From Minisyncoccota bacterium (GTDB lineage Bacteria > Patescibacteriota > Minisyncoccia > Phycocordibacterales > UBA918): DNA of 64,000 nucleotides. Made by a program: the position numbers and the translations under genes. The notes below the pieces were generated by a model that was not told where the DNA came from, did no database searches, and saw only the letters and a list, made by a program, of their open reading frames with translations. The stretch spans positions 2,060-66,059 of the forward strand of contig JBBDKG010000017.1 of NCBI GenBank assembly GCA_040879435.1, in the 5' to 3' direction. This document shows positions 10,137-19,374 of this stretch, one piece after another; position 1 is the stretch's first letter; every line of letters begins with the position of its first letter.

Positions 10137-10704
10137 CTAAAATGAAATTCTTGTATTCCGTATAAACGTGGTTGAATTCGCCGACGATATCATTCTGCAA
10201 CCGGTTGTTGAGTGTATTGCTTATGTCCTGATACATCAAGGCGCGTTCCTCGATCGATCCACCAAAATCCTTCATAAACCGCTTATGATCGGTGAAGTAT
10301 TCTTCCACCGTTGTACGCATATTATGGATCTTATCTGCTGCTGCGATAAGGAGTGCCTCTTCTGGGGCTGTCTTGAGCTGTTTGGCGTATGCTTTCTTCC
10401 GCTCCTGCCATGTGTGTGGCTCTTCCTCTGTGTCGCGTGGCTCACTCACCGCCTTCACGATCGAGAGGACCTTGTCTCCGAAGTCCTGTCGAAGTTCGTC
10501 TTCGGTGTAGTCAGTGTCCTCGAGTGTGTCATGGAGGAGCGCTCCGATGAATGCGTCCTCACTCTTCGAGTAGTCCGCGACGATGAGTGCGACGGCGATA
10601 AGGTGTGTCGAGTATGGTATGGGGACGACGCCTTTCCGTACCTGATCGCGGTGCAGTATTGTGGCTGCACGGATCGCCTGCTCGACGCGGTATGAATACA
10701 ACAT
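10111..10704 (-). CDS. Stand-alone HD hydrolase of the RelA/SpoT (Mesh1/SAH) type
   Basis: H..Q.RK..PY.TH, ALLHDTLEDT and ADKIHN motifs; start trimmed to ATG at 10704. Confidence 0.88.
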   Translation of the reverse strand: MLYSYRVEQAIRAATILHRDQVRKGVVPIPYSTHLIAVALIVADYSKSEDAFIGALLHDTLEDTDYTEDELRQDFGDKVLSIVKAVSEPRDTEEEPHTWQERKKAYAKQLKTAPEEALLIAAADKIHNMRTTVEEYFTDHKRFMKDFGGSIEERALMYQDISNTLNNRLQNDIVGEFNHVYTEYKNFILDVEKSLKK

Positions 10705-10776
10705 ACAGGAGTGTGTCCTCTGAGTGATAATGTTCGCTTGCAACCATACCACGAAACCAACAGTTCATGAAGGAAG

Positions 10777-11448
10777 CTACGCCGTCCATTCGACCGGTTC
10801 TTGTCCGTGCGCTTCCAGGTATTCATTTGCCGAACTGAAGTGCCTATTCCCAAAGAATCCGCTGTGCGCTGAAAACGGTGACGGATGCGCTGATTCAAGT
10901 ACACAATGCTTCGTCCGGTCAATGAATGCCCCTTTTTGCTTTGCGTAGTTGCCCCAGAGCATGAAGACGAGTTGCTCACGCTCGGTAGCGAGTGCATGGA
11001 CAGCTGCATCGGTCAGTTCCTCCCACCCTTTCTTCTGGTGGGAGCCAGGAGTGCGTGCACGCACGGTGAGCGTGGCGTTCAGAAGGAGCACGCCCTGCTT
11101 TGCCCAACGGGTCAGGTCGCCGTCTTTGGTCGTCACAGACGTACCAAGGTCCGATTCGATCTCCTTGTATATGTTCTGAAGTGATGGTGGCACAGCGACA
11201 CCAGCATTTACCGCAAAGCAGAGGCCGTTGGCCTGCTGTGGTCCGTGATACGGATCCTGTCCGAGAATGACTACCTTCACCTCATCGAATGGACACAGAT
11301 CGAATGCACGGAATATCTCCTTCGGCGGTGGATACACCGTCGTCGTTTCGTATTCACTTCGGACGAAGGAACGGAGATCTTCGAAATATGGCTTCTCGAA
11401 CTCATCCAGCAGACGCTCCTTCCATGATGGTTCGATCAGTACGTCCAT
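10777..11448 (-). CDS. ung: Uracil-DNA glycosylase family 1
   Basis: GQDPYH, VPPSLQNI, GVLLLN and HPSP motifs. Confidence 0.97.
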   Translation of the reverse strand: MDVLIEPSWKERLLDEFEKPYFEDLRSFVRSEYETTTVYPPPKEIFRAFDLCPFDEVKVVILGQDPYHGPQQANGLCFAVNAGVAVPPSLQNIYKEIESDLGTSVTTKDGDLTRWAKQGVLLLNATLTVRARTPGSHQKKGWEELTDAAVHALATEREQLVFMLWGNYAKQKGAFIDRTKHCVLESAHPSPFSAHSGFFGNRHFSSANEYLEAHGQEPVEWTA

Positions 11449-11463
11449 ACTACATGCAGTGAC

Positions 11464-11757
11464 TTATGACTTGCCTAGCTTTCGCTCAAGGTCTCTTAAC
11501 TCTTGTTTAATCTTGTCGAGTTTTCGTTCCTTTTCTCTCAAGTCTGATTTGAGCTCGGTTTCTTCCTTTCTCAAAAGATTCTTCTTGTTCTCAGCCACCT
11601 TCTTAAGGTCGTTTATCGCCGTTTCGGTTTCCTTCTGAAGCGTACGTTCATCGTTCGGTATCTCGCTCAATCTCGCTCGAAGTTGGGTTATCTCAAGGTT
11701 GAAGTCTTCGAGATTTTGAAGAAACTCCGCTTGTTGACGTTCATCGTTTCTGTCCAT
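11464..11757 (-). CDS. Hypothetical coiled-coil protein
   Basis: 97 aa, E/K/L-rich heptads, packed between ogt and ung. Confidence 0.7.
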   Translation of the reverse strand: MDRNDERQQAEFLQNLEDFNLEITQLRARLSEIPNDERTLQKETETAINDLKKVAENKKNLLRKEETELKSDLREKERKLDKIKQELRDLERKLGKS

Positions 11758-11759
11758 AA

Positions 11760-12023
11760 TTACACAGTTACCCCTTCAGCTTCTAATAACTCCCGCTTGC
11801 GTTCAATGCCGCCACGGTTATACCCGCCCAGTTTACCATCTGAACGGACCACCCGATGGCACGGCACGGTCGGATCGTAGTTGTTCGCCATGACGTTCGC
11901 GACCGCACGGTGCGCATTCGGGTATCCTGCCGCATACGCGACCTCCTTGTATGACAGCACAGTCCCCTTCGGGATCTGCCGTACGACACCACTCACGCGT
12001 TCAGCGAATGTTGATGTATTCAT
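11760..12023 (-). CDS. ogt: O6-alkylguanine DNA alkyltransferase, C-terminal domain only
   Basis: IPKGTVLSYKEVA, RAV, PCHRVV active site, LLEAEG. Confidence 0.9.
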   Translation of the reverse strand: MNTSTFAERVSGVVRQIPKGTVLSYKEVAYAAGYPNAHRAVANVMANNYDPTVPCHRVVRSDGKLGGYNRGGIERKRELLEAEGVTV

Positions 12024-12805
12024 GTTGTTAGTTTCTTATGAATCGCTTGCAACTTCTTGCCGGCAGCAGCGCGGTACGGGCAGAACTCACACATACTCCC
12101 TTCCGGCGGTACGGTCTCCTGCTCAAGAAGGTCCTTTATCTCTCCGAGTGTCCCCTCGATCCAGTCCACCTTGGTCGGGCATGATACGAGCGTGGTCTCA
12201 AATATGAGTTTGTCATCGAAGGCGTCCTCGTCCTTTGAAGCGTTCGCGTAGACCAGGTATCCGGTCTCTTCGACGGTAAAGCCGTTCTGCTCCAAAAGCC
12301 ACCGATACACGCCGAGCTGCCGCTGATACTGTTGCTCCCACGGACTGTCTCCGAGCTTCTCGATACGGTCCGCTTTTGAGGTCGCTTTGTAGTCAACGAC
12401 GATGAGTGAACCTGATGGTGTGACCCAGAGATCGTCGACCGCACCACAGACCGTGAGACCGGTGGGTTTGTGTACATGGTCAACACCAGTGAAGTTGTCG
12501 CGCCATGCGTCGAGTGAGTCGTGTTGGAAGGGTACCGCATCGATCTTGTACTTCTCCATGATCGGGTGTGCTGTCCCGTTCTTCCGGTGCACATCGAACT
12601 CCTTCTTGAAAAGTTCATCAACTGCGATGTTGAGATTGAAGGACGGCATGCCCGGTCGTTTGGTTCCGAGCTTGTTGTCGAGATAAAAGCATCGTGGACA
12701 CTCCATGAAGAGGTCGATCTTCGAGCGAGACAGCCGCCATTTCGCGCCGTCGTAGTTCCAGTCTGCACTCCGATCGGGATTGTATCGTTTCTCGAAGGTT
12801 GCCAT
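12020..12805 (-). CDS. PD-(D/E)XK nuclease (Cas4/AddB-like)
   Basis: LSRSKI..ECPRCFY, GAVDD..VVDYK, QLGVY, C-terminal CEFCPY. Confidence 0.85.
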   Translation of the reverse strand: MATFEKRYNPDRSADWNYDGAKWRLSRSKIDLFMECPRCFYLDNKLGTKRPGMPSFNLNIAVDELFKKEFDVHRKNGTAHPIMEKYKIDAVPFQHDSLDAWRDNFTGVDHVHKPTGLTVCGAVDDLWVTPSGSLIVVDYKATSKADRIEKLGDSPWEQQYQRQLGVYRWLLEQNGFTVEETGYLVYANASKDEDAFDDKLIFETTLVSCPTKVDWIEGTLGEIKDLLEQETVPPEGSMCEFCPYRAAAGKKLQAIHKKLTT

Positions 12806-12827
12806 AGAATACTAGTGTATCACATAC

Positions 12828-12850
12828 AAAAAACGCCCCGAGGGGCGCTT
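12828..12850 (-). terminator. Intrinsic terminator
   Basis: CGCCCC/GGGGCG stem followed by a T-run on the minus strand. Confidence 0.65.
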
Positions 12851-12869
12851 GTTGTACCACGTATGTGGG

Positions 12870-13421
12870 TTATTCAGCGGTGAAGACCTCCACCGCTCCG
12901 CCGATCTGTGTATCGACAGCAGCGCTGAATGAACGGTCTCCGTTATCACTGAAGAATACGATCGCGTACTCATTGCCAGCGGTCGTGCTGCGAAGCAGTT
13001 TGACCTGTGTCGGCAACAGACCCTCGGCCTTGCTGAACCGGGCGACACCAAGGATGGAGCCGACCTCACCGTTCGCATACTCACGTACACCGATCCAACC
13101 TTCGTCGGTTGGGAACGTTGCGTTTGAAATGGTAACGGTCGATCCAGCGTCCTGGTCGCTCACACGGACACTGCCGTCACCTGTTTGAATGGTGTTGGCT
13201 GGCGCTTGTGCATTCGGCGCATCATCATCTGTGGATGCCGAACGGTCAGCATCGTCGCTCTCCGTCTGCATAGTGTTGTCCATCTCATCCTCGACGGTCG
13301 GCGTTTCGGCTGTGGTGCCGCCAAAGATAAAGACGAGAAGTCCACCGATCACCAATCCGGCGATAAATGCGACAACGGTCTTCTGTGCTTCGTTACTGTT
13401 CTGTGTATCTTGCTCTGACAT
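12870..13421 (-). CDS. Membrane-anchored hypothetical protein with beta-rich C-terminal domain
   Basis: N-terminal TM, acidic linker, 'GWIGV..G.ILG' beta domain. Confidence 0.75.
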   Translation of the reverse strand: MSEQDTQNSNEAQKTVVAFIAGLVIGGLLVFIFGGTTAETPTVEDEMDNTMQTESDDADRSASTDDDAPNAQAPANTIQTGDGSVRVSDQDAGSTVTISNATFPTDEGWIGVREYANGEVGSILGVARFSKAEGLLPTQVKLLRSTTAGNEYAIVFFSDNGDRSFSAAVDTQIGGAVEVFTAE

Positions 13422-13468
13422 ATTTGGAATTACTGAAATACCACTAATATGCCCTGATTATATCGTTT

Positions 13469-14299
13469 TTATAGGATTTGACAGAGTTGACGCGCTTCAG
13501 AAAGTACTGCCTCGACCTTTCGTTCGCTCAGATGCACGTGTCGGAGTACTTGCGGTCGCTTCACCAGATCATTGCATACAATGATATTACGGCTCACCAG
13601 AGCCTGTTTTTGTGCGTTGCTCAAGCTTTGAAGCACGGTGATCGGATAGTGGCCGGTGGCACGGATACGGTCGTGGAGGTTGTGTTCCTTGGGGTATTCC
13701 CAGCTCAAAAGCGAGAGACCGGCGCAATTCGCATACTGCTTCGCCATTGAGGTGAACTTCGTGTTCGTGATGATCATGAACTCGCTGATGCCGCAGACAT
13801 CAGCCTCACAGATCTTTCGTGATTCAAGATCGAGTTTTCGTGCCTGGCAGTATAGTGCGACCTGCAGATCAGATTTGATTCCGGGACGAGCATGGAACTT
13901 CGCTTCAGCGACGAACGAGTGGTCCTCCTTGTATGCCGCGATGTCTATCTCATGCGGCACGCAGTTTCCTTCAATGACGGTACCGGTACTGACCGTGTAC
14001 CCTTCCTCTTCAAAGATGCGAGCAAGAAAGTCTTCGAACGGAAAACCGGTCGGTCCGAGACCGAAGAGTGCACGACGGAGCGAGTATCGAGCAGCAGCCG
14101 GCACTTCCTCTTCGCGCAGGTACGCGAATGCCTTGCGGTATATTTCCTCGGTGGAAATGTTTTCACGGAGCTCCTTCTCAACACGTGAAAGTACACTGGT
14201 GACCTCACTGTCACTCGCGCCTGCTTTCCGAAGCGAGTTCTGGAGCTTTTCTTCCTTGAACGGTTCAATGGAGCCGTCTGCTTTGATGATGTTGACCAT
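13469..14299 (-). CDS. ATP-cone plus restriction-endonuclease-like (Mrr-type) domain protein
   Basis: IIKADGSIEPF.EEKL ATP-cone; FEDF..EIDI..EAKFH nuclease motif; ITNTKFT..A. Confidence 0.82.
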   Translation of the reverse strand: MVNIIKADGSIEPFKEEKLQNSLRKAGASDSEVTSVLSRVEKELRENISTEEIYRKAFAYLREEEVPAAARYSLRRALFGLGPTGFPFEDFLARIFEEEGYTVSTGTVIEGNCVPHEIDIAAYKEDHSFVAEAKFHARPGIKSDLQVALYCQARKLDLESRKICEADVCGISEFMIITNTKFTSMAKQYANCAGLSLLSWEYPKEHNLHDRIRATGHYPITVLQSLSNAQKQALVSRNIIVCNDLVKRPQVLRHVHLSERKVEAVLSEARQLCQIL

Positions 14300-14392
14300 G
14301 ATTGTGTATTACATGGTATCACGGGCGTTGCTACTGAATTAATCGAGAAGTTGATTTAGAAGCTAAGGTTTGTCTAAAGTTATGTTGGGATT

Positions 14393-14665
14393 TTATTCAA
14401 ACCCATCCATTGTTTTGTTGTAGCCATGTGTCTTGATTTCGTACACTTTCTGGAGGCATTGGGTAGGAGTTAACGAGTCGATATGCCTTTCAAAAAAGCC
14501 TCCAAACAGCAAATAAAATCCGTGTTCCACTTCTCCTTGATTTCGACTTTGCATTGCAATTTCTTTTTTAAGAACCTCGCATGGGCTGAATGTTCCATAT
14601 ATGAAGAAGACTGCACTACTTGAAAGCAAAATAACTCCAACCATTCCTCCAATAATAATTTTCAT
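14393..14665 (-). CDS. AT-rich hypothetical exported protein
   Basis: 90-aa ORF, N-terminal hydrophobic segment, two Cys, TATAAT just upstream. Confidence 0.7.
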   Translation of the reverse strand: MKIIIGGMVGVILLSSSAVFFIYGTFSPCEVLKKEIAMQSRNQGEVEHGFYLLFGGFFERHIDSLTPTQCLQKVYEIKTHGYNKTMDGFE

Positions 14666-14717
14666 CTTCTAATTATAGCAACACAACTTGCTGCCACCGG
14701 GCGGCTTTCCATTACCC

Positions 14718-15770
14718 CTACCCCACAACCCCACCCCCAAGACACACTTCCCTATCGTAAAGCACACAAGACTGCCCCGCCGCCGGCCGTTCAACCGACT
14801 CTGTTGGCACTATTGTGCACGTATCATTGGCAATGTTCGAAACCACAGCGCGCGCTGGCGTCTGCCGATAGCGGAACTGCACAAACATCTCGTCTCCTTC
14901 CTTTGGAACCTCAGCAATCCAGTTTGTTTCAATGAGTGAGATACCTTGCTGTGCAGGCAGGACGGGAGGGTGCTCTGCTATGGTTATCGTGTTCTCTTCC
15001 ATATCCTTCCCCACCACATAGTGCGCTCGTGTTTCCGTGTCAGCGTTCGATACAGTGAACCCGTGGCGTTGTCCAAGCGTATACACCAGCGCACCGTTGT
15101 GTGTCCCAATAACTTCTCCTTTCTCATTCAATACATTCCCCTGCTTCAACTCCACAAAATGTGACATGAACTCCGGTATATCAACATGCCCCAGAAAACA
15201 AATGCCCTGGCTATCCTTTTTCGCAGCGGTCGGAATGCCCGCACGTGCGGCCTCAGCCCGGATCTCTTTCTTAGTGCTATCCCCGACCGGCAGTAATACA
15301 TGCGCCAGCTGTTCCTGCGTCAGTGTCCAGAGAAAATAGGACTGATCCTTGTCTGCATCAACTCCACGCAGTAGTCGGCTATCCTTAACCTGCGCGTAGT
15401 GGCCGGTCGCGATCATATCTGCCCCGTGTTCTTTGGCGAACGAAAGGAACGCACCGAACTTCACCGCTTTGTTGCACATCACGTCAGGATTAGGTGTCCT
15501 GCCCGCCATATACTCACGCACAAAATAATCACCCACTTCTGTTTGGTATGCTTCTTCCGCGTCACAGGTCAAAAACGGAATGTCGAGGTGAGCAGCGACG
15601 CGCATCGCGTCAAGCCGCTCCTCCTCCCAGTTGCAGACAAGAAAGTCCGGGTGCCAGACCTTTATAAATACCCCGACCACTGCATAGCCCTCCTTTTGCA
15701 GACGCAGTGCGGCAACAGCGGAGTCCACACCGCCTGAGAGCCCTACAAACACGGTCTTTTGTGTCGTCAT
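14718..15770 (-). CDS. mnmA: tRNA 2-thiouridylase MnmA
   Basis: SGGVDS, TPNPDVMCN, ATGHYA, KDQSYFL, DSQGICF motifs. Confidence 0.97.
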   Translation of the reverse strand: MTTQKTVFVGLSGGVDSAVAALRLQKEGYAVVGVFIKVWHPDFLVCNWEEERLDAMRVAAHLDIPFLTCDAEEAYQTEVGDYFVREYMAGRTPNPDVMCNKAVKFGAFLSFAKEHGADMIATGHYAQVKDSRLLRGVDADKDQSYFLWTLTQEQLAHVLLPVGDSTKKEIRAEAARAGIPTAAKKDSQGICFLGHVDIPEFMSHFVELKQGNVLNEKGEVIGTHNGALVYTLGQRHGFTVSNADTETRAHYVVGKDMEENTITIAEHPPVLPAQQGISLIETNWIAEVPKEGDEMFVQFRYRQTPARAVVSNIANDTCTIVPTESVERPAAGQSCVLYDREVCLGGGVVG

Positions 15771-15797
15771 GTCCCACCGACGATAGCACACGCCCAG

Positions 15798-16793
15798 CTA
15801 CAAATACAACTCGATGTTGCGAAGGTGTTTGTCATACGTCTCGGCGTAGTAGAAGTTGCCGTCGGTGCCGGTGATATAGAAAAAGTAGTCGCTCTCCATC
15901 GGATCAAGTGCGGCCTCCACAGCAGACACTCCGGGGTTGCCGATCGGTGTCGGAGGGAGGCCGACATTGAGGTACGTGTTGTATGGAGATTCCGTTTTCA
16001 GGTCATCAGGTGTCAGTTCGTTAAGCGGCCGGTCGATAACGTATTCCATTGATGCATCTACCTGAAGTGGCATACCAGCCTCCAAACGGTTCATGAGAAT
16101 ACCCGCTACCATACGCATACTCTCTTTCGAGTTCGCTTCACGTTCAAGCAGCGACGCGAGTGTCAGAACCTCATACTCTGAAAGACCGGTGGTATTCGTG
16201 GCCATAAGTGGTGAGATGGTCTTGCGGTACGTCTGCAGCATGAGGTCGATCAATTCCGGAGCTGTGTATGTGTATGGGAGATAGTACGTGTCCGGAAAGA
16301 GGTACCCCTCGAACTCGTGGGTATGGTCGAGAAAGTATTGTGCGTTGAATTCCGGAAGGTATCGGTCAGCAAGTATTGCGTAGTGCGCTGCGCTGGTTCC
16401 TTCGTAGAATGTAATGGTGAGATGTCTGGTCGGCGGATTATCATCTGTGATAAGCCGTGCCACCTCAAAGACGTTGTATGGTTCACGGAACACGTATGAA
16501 CCGGCCTTCACACTGCTTGGATCGTGCAAGAGCACGATCGCAAGATACAGCATATCGGTCGAGCGAACCACGCGGCGTTCAGCGAGCATGTCGGCGATCC
16601 CGCTGGCACTGAGTCCCGGTTCTATTGTGACGGGTGTGTTCACCGGGAATGCTTTCGGCGGCTGAATGAGCCATACAAACGCAACGAAGCTGAGGAGTAG
16701 GACGACACCGAGCACAGAGAACCACAGCACGTGTGTCATGCTAACCTCCTTTATCCGGGCAAGTAGCTGTACAGCGGGTTCGGGAATGTTCAT
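15798..16793 (-). CDS. mltG: Endolytic transglycosylase MltG
   Basis: EGYLFPDTY, ASLLERE, SPYNTY..GLPPTPIGNPG; start uncertain. Confidence 0.93.
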   Translation of the reverse strand: MNIPEPAVQLLARIKEVSMTHVLWFSVLGVVLLLSFVAFVWLIQPPKAFPVNTPVTIEPGLSASGIADMLAERRVVRSTDMLYLAIVLLHDPSSVKAGSYVFREPYNVFEVARLITDDNPPTRHLTITFYEGTSAAHYAILADRYLPEFNAQYFLDHTHEFEGYLFPDTYYLPYTYTAPELIDLMLQTYRKTISPLMATNTTGLSEYEVLTLASLLEREANSKESMRMVAGILMNRLEAGMPLQVDASMEYVIDRPLNELTPDDLKTESPYNTYLNVGLPPTPIGNPGVSAVEAALDPMESDYFFYITGTDGNFYYAETYDKHLRNIELYL

Positions 16794-16800
16794 ACCATGC

Positions 16801-18168
16801 CTATTCATTTGGAATACCAGTCGGGAGATTAGGCGGTGCCTCACTTCGCGTTGACGGAATGCGTCCAAGTCCCGGCGTGATCGCTACCGTTCCTGGAAGA
16901 TGGAACATAGTGGCGAGCTCTTCTGAGCTGAACATCTTGTATCCGTCCCCACTTCCCTTTGGAATATATTTTCGAAGTTTGTATTCCTTGAACTCCTGTC
17001 GCTTGAGTGCAGCAAGTTCTTTCTGCTTCCCTCCCGGGAAAAGGTCCTTGTAGTTAAAGTCGGTCCGCCATTTTGCTCCGATCTGGTTCGCCCCGTCATA
17101 CTGGCTGAACACGCGAATGACCGGATTGATAACGTCGCCGCTAAAATGCCCCTTCTTCGTGATATACATCCACCGAATAGCGGTCTCATAGAGATACTTA
17201 CTCGAGTGCCGCTCAATGAGTTCAATCACGCTACGCTCTCCTGGTGTGATACGCGGCATACCTTCGAAATCACTCTGGTCCTCTTTCATGATCGGTCCTT
17301 TTGTCTCCGGGTCACGCTTCATGATGTCATTGATGAACTCAGCTATTTTTTCTTTGTGTGTCTGCTTTGCTGGAAAGATCTGTCCATGCTTAAACGACTC
17401 CTTTCGGTGTGCGACGCAGATCATCTGAATATACACTCGCTCGTATGGCTTGATGTTCGCAAGCACTTCAAGTGTTGGCGTGATCGGGTCTACCTTTTCC
17501 TCCTCTTTCGGCATTCGATCGAGTCCGTAGTCGATATATGATTTGATCGGCAGTACATCGTTTTCCTTCTTGTTCATGTGGAAGGACATCATCTCGTGCT
17601 CCTTTGTGTCGAGCGGAATCTCAGCAGCGTAATCAATAGGCTCCTCGACGACCTCGATGTTCGGGTACTGTGCGTAGATGTTTGCTTCGAATGCATCGCG
17701 CGATTGCTTACGTTTAAGATTTACATAAAATCGTATTTCACCGCCAATTGATACAATTTCAAATGAAATAGGAAGCGGCCGTTTCCCCTTGAGGTAGGTC
17801 TGCATGAGATTGTCAGGGCTCGCAGTGTTATGGATTTGTGCGATGACAAACTCCATCGCTTCGGGCGATTTCAGGATCTCCTGCGGGATCTTGATGCGGA
17901 GTGTACAGCGCCCCTCTCCCAGATAGAATTTCACACCGACCATGTCCATCCAGAGCCAGTAGAAGGTGTAGAAAAGGAGAGCGGGCAGCCAGATCGGAGC
18001 GAGTGCGATCGTGAGCGCCATGATCTGACCGAATGACACACCGATCAGAAAAAGGCCGATCAAAAGAAGCATGGCGGCGAGTGCCGTGAGGAACGGCCCG
18101 GCATCCATGTCATTATCCTCCATCCAGGTAACGATGGAGCCGATAAGCGGGATCTTCGTGATGTCCAT
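16801..18168 (-). CDS. Conserved CPR-type membrane-anchored hypothetical protein
   Basis: 455 aa, N-terminal TMs, 'SFEIVS..EIRFYV..IYAQYP' and 'SEELATMFHLP' patterns recalled from Parcubacteria hypotheticals. Confidence 0.7.
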   Translation of the reverse strand: MDITKIPLIGSIVTWMEDNDMDAGPFLTALAAMLLLIGLFLIGVSFGQIMALTIALAPIWLPALLFYTFYWLWMDMVGVKFYLGEGRCTLRIKIPQEILKSPEAMEFVIAQIHNTASPDNLMQTYLKGKRPLPISFEIVSIGGEIRFYVNLKRKQSRDAFEANIYAQYPNIEVVEEPIDYAAEIPLDTKEHEMMSFHMNKKENDVLPIKSYIDYGLDRMPKEEEKVDPITPTLEVLANIKPYERVYIQMICVAHRKESFKHGQIFPAKQTHKEKIAEFINDIMKRDPETKGPIMKEDQSDFEGMPRITPGERSVIELIERHSSKYLYETAIRWMYITKKGHFSGDVINPVIRVFSQYDGANQIGAKWRTDFNYKDLFPGGKQKELAALKRQEFKEYKLRKYIPKGSGDGYKMFSSEELATMFHLPGTVAITPGLGRIPSTRSEAPPNLPTGIPNE

Positions 18169-18187
18169 GTGACTCTATTGTACAACA

Positions 18188-18224
18188 GAAATAGCCGGAT
18201 GGACTGTGTCCATCCGGCTATTTC
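18188..18224. terminator. 17-bp perfect hairpin / terminator
   Basis: GAAATAGCCGGATGGAC-TGT-GTCCATCCGGCTATTTC. Confidence 0.7.
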
Positions 18225-18241
18225 GTGGATTCTGAGTTTCG

Positions 18242-19267
18242 TTACTCCGAGAGCATGTAGGTGCCGTTCGTGAGTCGTTTGAAAAGATTGGCATCCTGCA
18301 GGTTCACAAGAATGGTATTGTCCTTCACGTAGCGCTCCTTGCGAACGCGCTCAATCAGCTCCTCACGTGAGAGCGGTCCGTGCTTCTCGAGGATCTCGCG
18401 AAGAACGTCCTTCACCACACCAGCTGTGTATCCCCACTCAGTGAGTGCGTAGAGACCGCGACCAACGAGAACAAAGCGGTCGTCCTTGATGAGCTCATTG
18501 TGTGTTGTGGCAGTGTGCGCCTTCCGGTTGAAAAGTTCTTCGATAGCGCGTGCAACCTCACGGAAGTGCATCGGTGAACCGTGTCGCTTTACCACGAGGT
18601 ACGCATAGTCGCGAATACCCTTCACGCGAACGTTCGGACTTGCGGCATGACCCCACTCGCCGAGCGGGTTCGCTGCGATCTGCTTTGAGATCATGAGCCA
18701 GCGCTTGAGGATCACATCATCGTACTGGTCAGCGATCTCAATAAGTTCATTGCGGAATCGGTTGAGCATCTCCTCTTCAGGGATCAGCTCGTCACGATTG
18801 AGTGACTGATACACATTTTTGAGCGCACGCTCAACATTGTCTGCGATCTTCTTCTCTGTGAACCACCGGTGACCATAGTGGGCATTCTCCTTGTTCCGGT
18901 TGAACGGGCTGCCGATCACCAGGAGGAAGTAGATGTGGTTGCGCATTGACGGGTCCGTTGTGATCTCCTCAAGAAGCACTTCTTCGCCAACAAGACCACC
19001 ACCAAGACTGGCGATGATCTGCTGCAGTTCCTCGAATACGGGCTCATACTCTTTGTATGTGTCCGACTTCTGAATGGACTGGATGCCGTAGTTCTCGATC
19101 TGACGAACGCGCTCACGTGTGATGCCATAGGTCTGGCCGATCGCCTCAAGCGTGAAGACGTCAAGATCCTTGCCGAGTCCGTAGCGCTTTTCGAGCACGT
19201 CACGAGCTCGCGGAGGGAGTGCCGCAAGTAGTTGCTTTGTTATCTGCTTTGGTTTGAATGTGATCAT
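18242..19267 (-). CDS. Sigma-70 region 4 plus HARE-HTH (RNAP delta-like) domain protein
   Basis: RYGL..TLEAIGQTYGITRERVRQIE (sigma4 HTH); C-terminal PMHFREV..FVLVGRGLYALTEWG. Confidence 0.8.
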   Translation of the reverse strand: MITFKPKQITKQLLAALPPRARDVLEKRYGLGKDLDVFTLEAIGQTYGITRERVRQIENYGIQSIQKSDTYKEYEPVFEELQQIIASLGGGLVGEEVLLEEITTDPSMRNHIYFLLVIGSPFNRNKENAHYGHRWFTEKKIADNVERALKNVYQSLNRDELIPEEEMLNRFRNELIEIADQYDDVILKRWLMISKQIAANPLGEWGHAASPNVRVKGIRDYAYLVVKRHGSPMHFREVARAIEELFNRKAHTATTHNELIKDDRFVLVGRGLYALTEWGYTAGVVKDVLREILEKHGPLSREELIERVRKERYVKDNTILVNLQDANLFKRLTNGTYMLSE

Positions 19268-19374
19268 AATAGATGTGTATTAATTGACCGTAGTGAACCC
19301 GTTAAATACCACCACATGTGTCATATCCTTATTTTTATCATGCTATTTGACATACGTCAATAGTGACTGCATAA

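Noticed and set aside
12020-12805. Cas4-like nuclease as a sign of CRISPR-Cas
   Set aside because: No cas1/cas2 and no repeat-spacer array were seen in the window
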